A DNA stretch of 32,000 nucleotides from Synechococcus elongatus PCC 6301 (GCF_000010065.1 NC_006576.1:1290001-1322000), one strand, 5' to 3'. Shown: positions 12,874 through 21,838, counted from the first letter of the stretch. Numbers and translations are program-made. The notes: generated by a model from the sequence alone, not told the origin.

Positions 12874-13872
12874 TCACGAGGGGCGATCGCAGCGTTGCTG
12901 CCACTGCCATGCATGCTGAATCATCGTCTCTAAGCTGGGAAATTGCGGCTCCCAACCGAGGATCTGGCGAGCTTTATCGCTGCTACCGACAAGGGCGATC
13001 GCATCACCAGGGCGGCGATCGCTCAATTGCACCGGAATCGATCGCTGGGTGACCCGCTCTGCGGTGGCAATCACTTCCTTGACTGAGAAGCCATTGCCGT
13101 TGCCCAAGTTAAAGGCGGTGGTAGCTCCCCCGTCCGCTAAGTAAGTCAGGCCCCGTACGTGGGCATCGGCCAAATCACAGACATGGATGTAGTCGCGGAT
13201 GCAGGTGCCGTCCGATGTCGGGTAGTCCGTGCCATAGACCTGAATGCTGGGACGCTGACCGGCGGCGGCTTGGAGCACCAAGGGAATCAAATGGGTTTCT
13301 GGATCGTGGGCCTCGCCCAAATCCCCCTTGGGATCAGCCCCAGCGGCATTGAAGTAGCGGAAGATCACCGATCGCAAGCCGTAGGCAGCCTGAAAATCCT
13401 GCAGAAACTGCTCCACCATCCACTTGCTGCGACCGTAGGGATTGATCGGGGCTTGGGGATGATCTTCGGGAATCGGAATCACCTGCGGCAATCCGTAGGT
13501 CGCACAGGTCGAAGAAAACACGAGCTGCTGACAGCCTGCTGCCACCATTGCCTGCAGCAAGGTCAAGCTACCGCTGACGTTGTTGGCGTAGAAGTTGCCG
13601 GGATCGCGCACCGACTCTCCAACTTCGATCGAGGCAGCAAAGTGAATCACTGCCTGAATCGGATGCTCTGCAAAGAGGCGGTCGAGCAAGAGGCGATCGC
13701 GGGTGTCTCCCACAATCAACGGCACCTGTAGGACCTCTGCTGCGATCGCCCGTTGGCCATTGCTGAGGTTGTCGAGCACGATCGGCTGGTAACCCTGGGC
13801 TTGCAGTGCCCGCACCGTATGGGAGCCGATATAGCCCGCGCCGCCCGTCACCAGAATGGTTGCCCCTGCCAC
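12874..13872 (-). CDS. galE: UDP-glucose 4-epimerase
   Basis: 332-aa ORF with the SDR extended-family motif VTGGAGYIGSH, the catalytic YGRSK and a GalE-like C-terminal half. GTG start. Confidence 0.9.
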   Translation of the reverse strand: MAGATILVTGGAGYIGSHTVRALQAQGYQPIVLDNLSNGQRAIAAEVLQVPLIVGDTRDRLLLDRLFAEHPIQAVIHFAASIEVGESVRDPGNFYANNVSGSLTLLQAMVAAGCQQLVFSSTCATYGLPQVIPIPEDHPQAPINPYGRSKWMVEQFLQDFQAAYGLRSVIFRYFNAAGADPKGDLGEAHDPETHLIPLVLQAAAGQRPSIQVYGTDYPTSDGTCIRDYIHVCDLADAHVRGLTYLADGGATTAFNLGNGNGFSVKEVIATAERVTQRSIPVQLSDRRPGDAIALVGSSDKARQILGWEPQFPSLETMIQHAWQWQQRCDRPS

Positions 13873-13901
13873 AGTTTGCCCTAATGACCTTCACTGGAGG
13901 A

Positions 13902-14747
13902 TTATCCGGCACGCAGGGTCGCGATCGCCTCAGTTGTGAGGGCCTCGATCGCCGCACGATCGCCAGCCCAAGTCGTTTCTGCTTCACTCAACCAGAGCAG
14001 ATACTCAACATTGCCCGCCGGCCCCAGTAGCGGCGACCAAGTCAATCCTTGGCCGTGCCAGCCCAACCCCTGAGCCGACTCAAGAACTTGAGCGATCGCC
14101 GTCACATGATCCTTGCGATCGCGGACAACCCCGCCTTTACCGACTTTTTCGCGCCCAACCTCGAACTGGGGCTTGACCAGCAAAATCAGCTCGCGGGGCG
14201 ATCGCAACAACTGCCCCAAGGTCAGCAACACCTTCGTCAGAGAGATGAACGAGAGATCGGCGACGGCTAGATCGGGCCAAACATCATCGGATCCGTAGAG
14301 GTCAGTCGGCTGCAGGTTGCGGATGTTGGTTCGCTCCCGCAGAAGGACTCGCGGGTCAGTACGGATCTTCCAGTCAACCTGACCGTAGCCCACATCAATG
14401 CCATAGACTTTGCTCGCCCCTGCCTGCAACAAGCAGTCGGTGAAACCGCCGGTGGAGATACCCGCATCCAAACAGATGCGATCGCTGAGCGCGATCGGAA
14501 ACGTTGCTAAGGCTTTTGCCAGCTTTTCGCCACCTCGCGAAACGTAGGGCGGCTTGGCCGCAACTTCAATCACGGCATCTTCAGCCACCAGGCTCCCCGG
14601 TTTATCGACAATCGCTTGGGCGACCCGCACTTCACCAGCACGAATCAGCCGTTGGGCCTGCTGCCGCGAGGGGCAGAGTCCACGTTCCACCAACAGAGCA
14701 TCTAAACGGTGCTTAGCCACAGGCGCAGGAGAGAGTACATGCCCCAA
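13902..14747 (-). CDS. tlyA: TlyA-family rRNA 2'-O-methyltransferase (hemolysin A-like)
   Basis: 281-aa ORF with an N-terminal S4 domain (RLDALLVERGL...), the YVSRGGEKL motif and an FtsJ-type SAM site (LDAGISTGGFTDCLLQ). The ORF-track start is a TTG. The GTG at 14720 (VAKHRLD...) is an equally plausible start. Confidence 0.88.
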   Translation of the reverse strand: MGHVLSPAPVAKHRLDALLVERGLCPSRQQAQRLIRAGEVRVAQAIVDKPGSLVAEDAVIEVAAKPPYVSRGGEKLAKALATFPIALSDRICLDAGISTGGFTDCLLQAGASKVYGIDVGYGQVDWKIRTDPRVLLRERTNIRNLQPTDLYGSDDVWPDLAVADLSFISLTKVLLTLGQLLRSPRELILLVKPQFEVGREKVGKGGVVRDRKDHVTAIAQVLESAQGLGWHGQGLTWSPLLGPAGNVEYLLWLSEAETTWAGDRAAIEALTTEAIATLRAG

Positions 14748-14784
14748 TTATCGGAGCTGACTCCCTCCCAGCTCAGCACTGACC

Positions 14785-15240
14785 TTAATAGCAGCCTAAA
14801 ACCGTGAGGATGTAGCTAGAACCAACCGCATCAATGCCCCCCAAGTTGACATTGACCTGGTAGGGCTGGCTGTTGCGGCGAGGTAAGCCAGTCAGCTCTT
14901 TCGAGAGATTGCTAGGCAAATAGACACTGCCGCTGAAACTTTCATCGACGGTGCCGTTGCTGTACTTCAAGTTGAGGCCCGCTTGATAGGTGGTGTTGGC
15001 ACTGGTCGATTGAATCTTGGCAATGTAGCGGCGAAACGTAGCATCAGCGGGCACGGCAAAGTCCGTATTCCAGTTGTCGCGGAAGAACGGACCTGCGCCG
15101 CCGGGTGTGACCGTTTTCGTGACTGAGGTGCCGCTCCCTCCCACCACAGGCAGCGGTGTGCAGTTGGCTTGTGCTAGGAGAGTAGACGGACTGGCAAGGC
15201 TGCTGGGGAACAACAAAGCAAGAAGCAGAGCGGTCGACAT
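14785..15240 (-). CDS. Secreted Cys-bracketed beta-rich protein, paralog 1 (function unknown)
   Basis: 151 aa from the Met at 15240. It has a signal peptide (MSTALLLALLFPSSLASPSTLLAQA / NC...), a GAGGA about 9 nt upstream, and a 126-aa mature part that starts NCTPL and ends GCY. It is a gapless paralog of the next gene. I rejected the ORF-track N-terminal extension to 15363. Confidence 0.75.
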   Translation of the reverse strand: MSTALLLALLFPSSLASPSTLLAQANCTPLPVVGGSGTSVTKTVTPGGAGPFFRDNWNTDFAVPADATFRRYIAKIQSTSANTTYQAGLNLKYSNGTVDESFSGSVYLPSNLSKELTGLPRRNSQPYQVNVNLGGIDAVGSSYILTVLGCY

Positions 15241-15526
15241 TGGGCCATTCCTCACACAGGAAACCTTGCTCCTTAATTTAAGAGGCTGGTCTATCCAGCG
15301 GGGCAGGCAAGGGATCAGTCTGAGAACTGCTACCGCGATCGCCAATCCTGGTGCAGATAACACCGTTCATCAGCGATCCACTCAAGACCTCTGAATCTGC
15401 GATCGGGACGGGTCGATGGGGCTGGCAAACGCAGCTAATCAAGGTGTAGCCATCAATCGTTCAGGCCAGACTGAGGGGAAAGCGGTTGCCTCAGGGACTA
15501 GGGTTCCTTTCCCAACGTTTCAGCGC

Positions 15527-15985
15527 TCAATAACAACCAACGACGGTCAAGGTATAGGTGGAACCGACGGCCTTCAGTCCACCGAGATTAACGTTCACCT
15601 GAAACGGCTGACTATCCCGACGGGGCTGCCCAACGAGCTCCTGAGAACCATTTCGGGGTAGCGCGAAGCTGCCCTTAAAGGTCTGGTCAGCGGTGCCGTT
15701 GCTGTACTTGAGATTGAGACTGGCCTGATAGGTCGTACTGGCACTGAGGGATCGAATGGTTGCGACGTAGCGCCGAAAGGTTGCATCCGTGGGCACAGCA
15801 AAGTCGGTATCCCAGTTGTCGCGGAAGAACGGACCTGCACCGCCGGGTGTGACCGTTTTTGTGACTGAGGTACCGGCGCCCCCCACCACTGCCAGCGGCG
15901 TGCAATTGGCCCGACTGAGCAGAAGCGGTTGAGTAGTAGACAGCGGACCAGAGACCAGTAAGGCGATCGCCAACAGCGCTGACAT
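15527..15985 (-). CDS. Secreted Cys-bracketed beta-rich protein, paralog 2 (function unknown)
   Basis: 152 aa from the Met at 15985. It has a signal peptide (MSALLAIALLVSGPLSTTQPLLLSRA / NC...) and the same GAGGA spacing as paralog 1. In my hand alignment, 98 of 126 mature residues are identical to paralog 1. Confidence 0.75.
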   Translation of the reverse strand: MSALLAIALLVSGPLSTTQPLLLSRANCTPLAVVGGAGTSVTKTVTPGGAGPFFRDNWDTDFAVPTDATFRRYVATIRSLSASTTYQASLNLKYSNGTADQTFKGSFALPRNGSQELVGQPRRDSQPFQVNVNLGGLKAVGSTYTLTVVGCY

Positions 15986-16258
15986 GAGACCGTTCCTCAA
16001 GTTCGACAAGCTAACTGCTCTCACTGTAGAGGCCGATCGCCGGCGCGGCAGCGGGTAGGGAAATCCACCCTAGTTGCTGTTGAGAACAGCCCTCGACGAA
16101 ATGAGAAGATTACGAAATGCAAGGAACAAGCTTAGAAAATTCTGGGAGAGATCAGGCCGTAATGCTCTCGCTGGCAAAATACGAAGCAAGTTTCTTGTGG
16201 CCAGAGAAAATTTCAGTTCTGGCTCTGTCCCGGTCCTAGCTTCAGTGAGGAGGATCCC

Positions 16259-16450
16259 ATGGAGCAAGCGTTCGGTAACCTCTACGAAATCTTTGGGCGC
16301 CAGTTGGTGCGCCTCAAGGATCAGCCCGAAGACATGCCCGACTTTGTCTTGGAATATTGCCACGGCGATCGCTGCTGGGTGCGACAGCAGGCCTGGGGTA
16401 GAACCATCAATCTCGGGATTCAGCGATCGCAGATCATCGGTTTGGATTAG
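16259..16450 (+). CDS. Hypothetical small protein (63 aa)
   Basis: ATG preceded by GAGGAGG (16248-16254) at 4-nt spacing. 45 of 63 codons end in G/C (hand count), like the neighbouring genes. It ends 57 nt before purB. I recognise no family. Confidence 0.55.
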   Translation: MEQAFGNLYEIFGRQLVRLKDQPEDMPDFVLEYCHGDRCWVRQQAWGRTINLGIQRSQIIGLD

Positions 16451-16507
16451 ATCTCGGCGCTCGGCCAAAGCCGTAAGATAGGAAGGCTGTATCCGTCGAC
16501 ACCGGCT

Positions 16508-17803
16508 TTGATCGAGCGTTATACGCTGCCTGCCATGGGCGGCCTTTGGACTGACACCTACAAACTCAAAACCTGGCTGCAGGTTGAAATTGCCGTTTGC
16601 GAGGCTCAGGCAGAGCTCGGCTATATCCCCGCCGATGCCGTGGAAACGATCAAGGCGAAGGCCAATTTCGATCCGGCGCGGGTGCTGGAGATTGAGCAAG
16701 AAGTTCGCCACGACGTCATCGCCTTTTTGACCAACGTCAACGAATATGTTGGCGATGCCGGTCGCTACATTCACCTTGGCATGACCAGCTCGGATGTGCT
16801 GGACACTGGTCTGGCGCTGCAGATGGTGGCCAGTGTCGATCTGCTCTTGGCTGAAACCGAGAATTTAATTCAGGCGATTCGCTGGCAGGCGCAGCAACAC
16901 CGCGAAACGGTGATGATTGGCCGCTCCCACGGCATTCATGCTGAGCCGATCACCTTTGGCTTCAAGCTCGCCGGTTGGCTGGCAGAGATGCTGCGCAACC
17001 GCGATCGCTTGGTGCAGGTCCGTCAGTCAGTGGCAGTCGGCAAGATTTCCGGTGCGGTCGGTACCTACGCCAACATCGAGCCGCGCGTCGAAGCTCTGAC
17101 CTGTCAAAAACTAGGTCTGGAGCCGGATACGGCTTCGACCCAAGTGGTCAGCCGCGATCGCTATGCGGAGTATGTCCAGGTCCTTGCCTTAGTCGCCGCT
17201 TCTTTAGAGCGCTTCTCCGTCGAGATCCGCAACCTGCAGCGATCGGATGTGCTGGGGGTTGAAGAATTTTTTGCCAAGGGTCAAAAAGGCTCCTCAGCCA
17301 TGCCCCACAAGCGCAACCCGATTCGCTCCGAGCGAATCAGCGGTCTAGCGCGGGTGATTCGGGGCTATGCCGTGGCAGCGCTGGAAAACGTGGCACTCTG
17401 GCACGAGCGGGATATCTCCCACAGCTCCGTGGAGCGGATGATGCTACCCGACTGCTCAGCGACGCTGCACTTCATGCTGGTGGAAATGACCGAGCTGGTG
17501 AAAACCCTGCAGGTCTATCCCGAGAACATGACCCGCAACCTCAACCGCTACGGCGGCGTGGTTTTCAGTCAGCGCGTACTGTTGGCCTTGGTTGACAAGG
17601 GACTCAGCCGCGAGGAAGCCTACCGAATTGTCCAAAGCAATGCCCACAGCGCTTGGAATCATGAAGGCGGCAACTTCCGCGCCCTGATTGAAGCCGATCC
17701 GACTGTTCAGGCTCACCTCAGCGCCGCCGAGATTGAAGACTGCTTTGCTGCTCAACATCATCTGCGTCATTTGGATGATGTCTATCAGCGCCTCAACATC
17801 TAA
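16508..17803 (+). CDS. purB: Adenylosuccinate lyase
   Basis: 431-aa ORF with TTG start. The N-terminus MIERYTLPAMGGLW matches the PurB consensus, and the fumarate-lyase signature SSAMPHKRNP is present. Confidence 0.97.
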   Translation: MIERYTLPAMGGLWTDTYKLKTWLQVEIAVCEAQAELGYIPADAVETIKAKANFDPARVLEIEQEVRHDVIAFLTNVNEYVGDAGRYIHLGMTSSDVLDTGLALQMVASVDLLLAETENLIQAIRWQAQQHRETVMIGRSHGIHAEPITFGFKLAGWLAEMLRNRDRLVQVRQSVAVGKISGAVGTYANIEPRVEALTCQKLGLEPDTASTQVVSRDRYAEYVQVLALVAASLERFSVEIRNLQRSDVLGVEEFFAKGQKGSSAMPHKRNPIRSERISGLARVIRGYAVAALENVALWHERDISHSSVERMMLPDCSATLHFMLVEMTELVKTLQVYPENMTRNLNRYGGVVFSQRVLLALVDKGLSREEAYRIVQSNAHSAWNHEGGNFRALIEADPTVQAHLSAAEIEDCFAAQHHLRHLDDVYQRLNI

Positions 17804-17849
17804 CGCGAGTTAAGGCTGCAATTTCCACAAGGCACAGGGCCACCGTCAG

Positions 17850-18479
17850 ATGTTCTCCAACATGGTTTTAAAGTTGGCAGCAGCACTGAGTGGTCTTGTG
17901 CTGATTTTATTTGTGGGCTTTCATCTCACCACAAATCTGTTGCTATGGCGGGGAGCAGAGGCTCTCGATCGCGCGGCGATCGCACTCCATAATCAGGTCT
18001 GGCTCCCCGCTGCTGAAGCGATCGTTCTGACAGCGATCGCGGTTCATTTTCTGACCGTCTTGATCCTGGCTTGGCGTAACCGTCAGGCTCGCGGGCCTCA
18101 AGCCTACGCCCAATGGCAAAGCAAGCAAACCAGTTGGTTGCGCTGGGCAGCGAATTCCACCGTCATCAGTGGCAGTGGTTTGGCCGTCTTCCTGCTCGTT
18201 CATCTGCAGGGGATGCGTTGGCGCGAGCATGATCCGAGCCAGACATCTAGCCTGATTCTTCAAACACTCCAGCAGCCAGCGATCGCCCTGCTGTATGGAC
18301 TGGGAGCAGCAGTTTTAGCACTGCATCTCAGCCACGGCCTCCGCAGCATGGCGCGTAGCCTAGGCCTGTTCTATCCCCAATGGGCGATCGCGGGGCAACG
18401 AGTAGCAATTGCGATCGCGATCGGTTTAGGAATTGGATTTATTAGCATCATTGCTTTAGCAAATCGCACTTTGATCTGA
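17850..18479 (+). CDS. Cytochrome b558-type membrane subunit (SdhC/FrdC-like, B. subtilis type)
   Basis: 209-aa ORF with about five TM helices. His residues sit in positions reminiscent of the di-haem b558 family (FHLTTNL, AVHFLTV, LLVHLQG, LHLSHGLRSM versus B. subtilis FHFSNGLWSF). No sdhA or sdhB is adjacent. Confidence 0.6.
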   Translation: MFSNMVLKLAAALSGLVLILFVGFHLTTNLLLWRGAEALDRAAIALHNQVWLPAAEAIVLTAIAVHFLTVLILAWRNRQARGPQAYAQWQSKQTSWLRWAANSTVISGSGLAVFLLVHLQGMRWREHDPSQTSSLILQTLQQPAIALLYGLGAAVLALHLSHGLRSMARSLGLFYPQWAIAGQRVAIAIAIGLGIGFISIIALANRTLI

Positions 18480-18534
18480 AATCAGAGCAATGATTTCGAT
18501 TCGTTTAGGCTGTAATCGCCTGCTGATTTTAACT

Positions 18535-18560
18535 AAAAAAAGCCTTTCATTCGAAAGGCT
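18535..18560 (-). terminator. Rho-independent terminator after the pentapeptide-repeat gene
   Basis: On the minus strand, AGCCTTTC / GAAAGGCT forms an 8-bp stem with a 4-nt loop, followed by a T7 run (A-run 18535-18541 on the plus strand). It lies 48 nt after the stop at 18608, in the convergent gap with the b558-like gene. Confidence 0.75.
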
Positions 18561-18607
18561 TGAGAGTTATGAGTTAGGGAGTGATATGGCGCGATCGCCG
18601 CTGAAAT

Positions 18608-19120
18608 CTAAGGGCAATCCAAGGTGTCGCGGGTGGCTCGTCCGGTTTTAGAATTGACGCCTTCTGCCACACTGCACAGTAAATCTTGGGCATCTTGGCG
18701 CATCAACACATCGGTGAAATCCGCGCCCGTAATCTTGGCACCTTGGAAGAGTGCGTTAAAGGCATAGGCACCTTCCAGAATGGCGTCGGTGAGATCAGTG
18801 TTAGTCATCCGCGCCTGATCGAGAATGGTGTTACTGAGGTCAGCTCCGTGAAGATCGACGCTCTCCAAGTTCGCCCCGTAGAATCGAACCCCCACTAGCA
18901 CCGAGTTACTGAAGTCGCTGCTGCGTAGATTGGCCTTCGTAAAGTTGGCATCGCTGAGATCGCGGTTGGAGAAATTGGACTCAATGAGGATTTCCTTGGT
19001 GAAATCGAGAGCGATCGCCGCTGGCGCAATCCAACTCCAAGCTAGACCTGCGATCGCGATGAGAATCAGGCTGCGGCAACAGTGCCGCCAAAGCGTGTGC
19101 AAGGACAAAATCACGGGCAT
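18608..19120 (-). CDS. Pentapeptide-repeat protein with N-terminal signal/anchor (lumenal TL15/TL17-like)
   Basis: 170-aa ORF with a hydrophobic N-terminus ending AIALD and tandem A(D/N)LXX pentapeptides (DLSDANFTKANLRSSDFSNSVL...). A C-terminal Cys pair is present (LLCSVA...LDCP). Confidence 0.85.
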   Translation of the reverse strand: MPVILSLHTLWRHCCRSLILIAIAGLAWSWIAPAAIALDFTKEILIESNFSNRDLSDANFTKANLRSSDFSNSVLVGVRFYGANLESVDLHGADLSNTILDQARMTNTDLTDAILEGAYAFNALFQGAKITGADFTDVLMRQDAQDLLCSVAEGVNSKTGRATRDTLDCP

Positions 19121-19218
19121 TCTGAGCAGAACGCTGCAATCATTCCAGCCTAGCGGTACGGAGGGCAGACCCGACGCAGGTTATCGATCTTCCGCTCGAT
19201 CGCGCCGGTGAGGCCCTC

Positions 19219-19614
19219 GTGGCTGCTTGGTGCCGCGATCGCCGGCTGGAAGTTCTGGCAGAGCGCTGGCATTGCCGCTGGGGCGAACTCGACTTGGTGA
19301 CTCAAGAGGACTCAGCGCTTCGCTTCATCGAGGTCAAAACTCGACGTCAGACCGGTTGGGATCAGTCGGGGTTACTGGCCATCGGCCCAGCCAAGCAACG
19401 CTGTCTTAGTCGTGCTGCAGCTTGCTATCTCGCCAGTTTAGGAAACCAGGCAGCTGTTGCCTGTCGCTTTGATGTTGCCTTGGTTCGCTATCGTTCAGAG
19501 CCCTCTGCAGCAGCAGTCAAGGTCGCGGCTTGGGGCCAAGGCTATCTAGAACTCTGGTGCTATCTGCCTGATGCCTTTAGCGCCGTCGAGTCAGGCTGGT
19601 GGGATTGCGGCTGA
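19219..19614 (+). CDS. yraN: YraN-family (UPF0102) predicted endonuclease
   Basis: 131-aa ORF with GTG start. It has the family core WGELDLV...RFIEVKTRR...CRFDV (PD-(D/E)xK-like). The start codon is uncertain (see the rejected notes). Confidence 0.75.
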   Translation: MAAWCRDRRLEVLAERWHCRWGELDLVTQEDSALRFIEVKTRRQTGWDQSGLLAIGPAKQRCLSRAAACYLASLGNQAAVACRFDVALVRYRSEPSAAAVKVAAWGQGYLELWCYLPDAFSAVESGWWDCG

Positions 19615-19628
19615 TTCACTCCTGATCC

Positions 19629-20468
19629 ATGCCTGCTCGCAAACGCTTTGGTCAACATTGGCTCCGTAGCGAAGCCATCCTCGATCGCATTGTGGCGGCC
19701 GCTGAGCTGCGGCCCAGCGATCGCGTTTTAGAGATTGGTCCGGGGCGGGGGGCGCTGACTCAACGACTGCTGGCGGCAGTGGACGGGCTGGTTGCCGTTG
19801 AACTCGATCGCGACCTAATCGGTCAGCTCCAGCAACGGTTTGGACAAGCCGAGAACTTTTGCCTGCTGGAAGGCGACATCCTCCAGCTTGATTGGACTGC
19901 TGCGATCGCCGATCGACCCCGCTTCGCCAACCCCAGCAAAGTCGTCGCCAACATTCCCTACAACATCACTGGCCCGATCCTACAATCGCTATTGGGCACG
20001 ATCGCCCAGCCACGGCGACCCGCTTTTGAACGCCTCGTCCTGCTCGTGCAGCAAGAAGTCGCCGATCGTCTCTGTGCCACACCGGGACAACGTGCCTACG
20101 GCGCTTTGTCGGTGCGAGTGCAGTATCTAGCCAGCTGCGAGCGAGTTTGTGCCGTACCCCCCAAGAGTTTTTCACCACCACCCAAGGTTCAGTCCACGGT
20201 CATTTGCCTGAAGCCACGCCCTTGGCCCCAGGTCTGCAACAATCCAGGGCGACTAGAAAAACTGCTGAACCAAGGCTTTAGCGCCAAGCGCAAAATGCTG
20301 CGCAATAATCTCAAGTCACTCTATAGCAGCGAGCAAATTGAAGCAGCGTTTGCTGCTCATCAGATTGCGCCCGAAGCCCGCGCCGAAACCCTGAGCATTG
20401 ATCAGTGGATTGGCCTCTGTACCGATCTGGGCGATCCTACAGACAGCGCCATTAACCCGACTGCATGA
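19629..20468 (+). CDS. rsmA: 16S rRNA (adenine1518/1519-N6)-dimethyltransferase
   Basis: 279-aa ORF with the KsgA N-terminus KRFGQHWL, the SAM motif [11 protein letters not shown] and the NIPYNIT motif. Confidence 0.95.
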
Positions 20469-21409
20469 AGACGCTGACGCTCGTTGCTCCAGCCAAAATC
20501 AATTTCTATCTGGAAATTCTGGGCGATCGCCCCGACGGTTTCCACGAGCTGGCTATGGTGATGCAGAGCATTGCCTTGGGGGATCGTCTTCACCTACGGC
20601 AGCGGCAGGGACAGGGGTTTCAGTTGGGCTGCGATCGCGCTGATTTGGAAGTTGATGAGCGCAACTTGATTCTGAAAGCAGCACAGCGGTTGCAGCGATC
20701 GTTCCCCCAAATTGGCGGCGTTGACTTTTTTCTCGAGAAGCGGATTCCCATTGGTGCAGGGCTAGCGGGCGGTTCAACCGACGGAGCTGCCGCTCTCGTG
20801 GGGCTGGATATTTTCAGTGGGCTGGGTCTGACACAACCAGAACTGGAAGCGATCGCCGCAGAATTAGGGTCCGATATGCCCTTCTGTGTTGCCGGTGGTA
20901 CCCAGCTTTGCACCAGTCGCGGTGAACAACTGACGCCGTTACCCCCCCTACCCTCTTTATCCTTAGTCCTTGCTAAGTTCGAAAGCTTGTCGGTCTCGAC
21001 GCCGTGGGCTTACGGTCGCTACCGCGAGCAGTTTGGCGATCGCTATCTACAAACCGAACCAGCGCGGCGCGATCGCCTGCAAGCGCTGCATGCCGGGCCA
21101 CTTCTGCAAGCGATGAGCGCTGGTGATCCCGTTGCGATCGCGCAACATCTTCGCAACGATCTCGAAGCGGTGGTCTTACCCGAGTACCCCCAGGTGGCGG
21201 AACTGAGATCTGTGCTCGGGAACTGCTCTGGCATTCTTGCCGCCCAAATGTCCGGTTCCGGGCCAAGCGTCTTTGGTATTGCTGAGAATCCTACTGCTGC
21301 CCAAGCGGCCGTTGAACAAGTCCGGCAAGCGATCGCTGATCCCGACCTGAAGCTCTGGGTGACCCAAACCATCAGCCATGGGATCCAGACGGAAACTCTA
21401 CTGCGGTAG
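20465..21409 (+). CDS. ispE: 4-diphosphocytidyl-2-C-methyl-D-erythritol kinase
   Basis: 314-aa ORF with the GHMP kinase motif ([16 protein letters not shown]) and the IspE N-terminus [11 protein letters not shown]. Its start overlaps the rsmA stop in an ATGA. Confidence 0.95.
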
Positions 21410-21838
21410 CAGGGGGATGGATATCAGCGGGACTGGATCAACGTCAGGACAAACAACTCACGATCCTGCAATTCCCTTTTTTCTCGGCTCAGCCGAAGAG
21501 GAAAAATGTCTTGATCAACCCTTCAATTGTCTTAATTCACTTGCGATCAGGATTAGAACAATTCGAAGGGATCCCATCCAGCACTAGCTCCGAGGGCTCC
21601 GATCGAGCGGTGATTGTAAAGCCCTCTTTGGCTACAGTGCCGGAATTGTAACCATCTTGATCCCAAGAGATCAGGCCTTCGGATGCCTCTGCTAAGGTAG
21701 GGGAAATTTCTGGGCTGCCTTAGGGGTAGTTCAGCTTAGGCACGTCTATTCGACTCTTTGACTGCGGCTACTCCTCTGCGATCGCCGCCTAAATGGAAGA
21801 CGGTATCGTGTCGCCCCTTTCCTCCTAACCGCTGCAGC

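Noticed and set aside
13159-13731. 190-aa plus-strand ORF (plus 13568..13987 and 13806..14030)
   Set aside because: They are antisense or out of frame within galE/tlyA, Arg/Gly/Pro-rich as is typical of GC-rich off-frames, and have no family resemblance.
14785-16024. Longer ORF-track versions of the two secreted paralogs (starts at 15363 and 16024), and similar long forms of ndhF4 (21758), the antiporter (24907), the PLD protein (29258) and ssb (31290)
   Set aside because: In each case an internal Met gives a canonical N-terminus (signal peptide, lipobox or family-typical start), usually with a better SD. The extensions are non-conserved-looking and often start at TTG or GTG.
16070-16774. 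234-aa minus-strand ORF overlapping the purB 5' region
   Set aside because: Its only start lies inside purB on the opposite strand, and the frame has no internal Met. Third-position composition degrades below 16258. The open frame is explained as the codon-aligned antisense of the SD-preceded 63-codon plus-strand ORF.
19126-19218. Possible N-terminal extension of yraN: the in-frame upstream codons read ...DRAGEAL, resembling the G(D/E)xxE start of YraN proteins
   Set aside because: The frame is open back to a TGA at 19123, but it contains no ATG, GTG or TTG. The resemblance is only about four residues. The GTG at 19219 remains the simplest start, and a non-canonical start cannot be shown from sequence.
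21378-21587. 69-aa ORF downstream of ispE
   Set aside because: It starts inside the ispE 3' end in another frame, has no SD, and has no recognisable sequence features. I kept it only as part of the long-leader observation.
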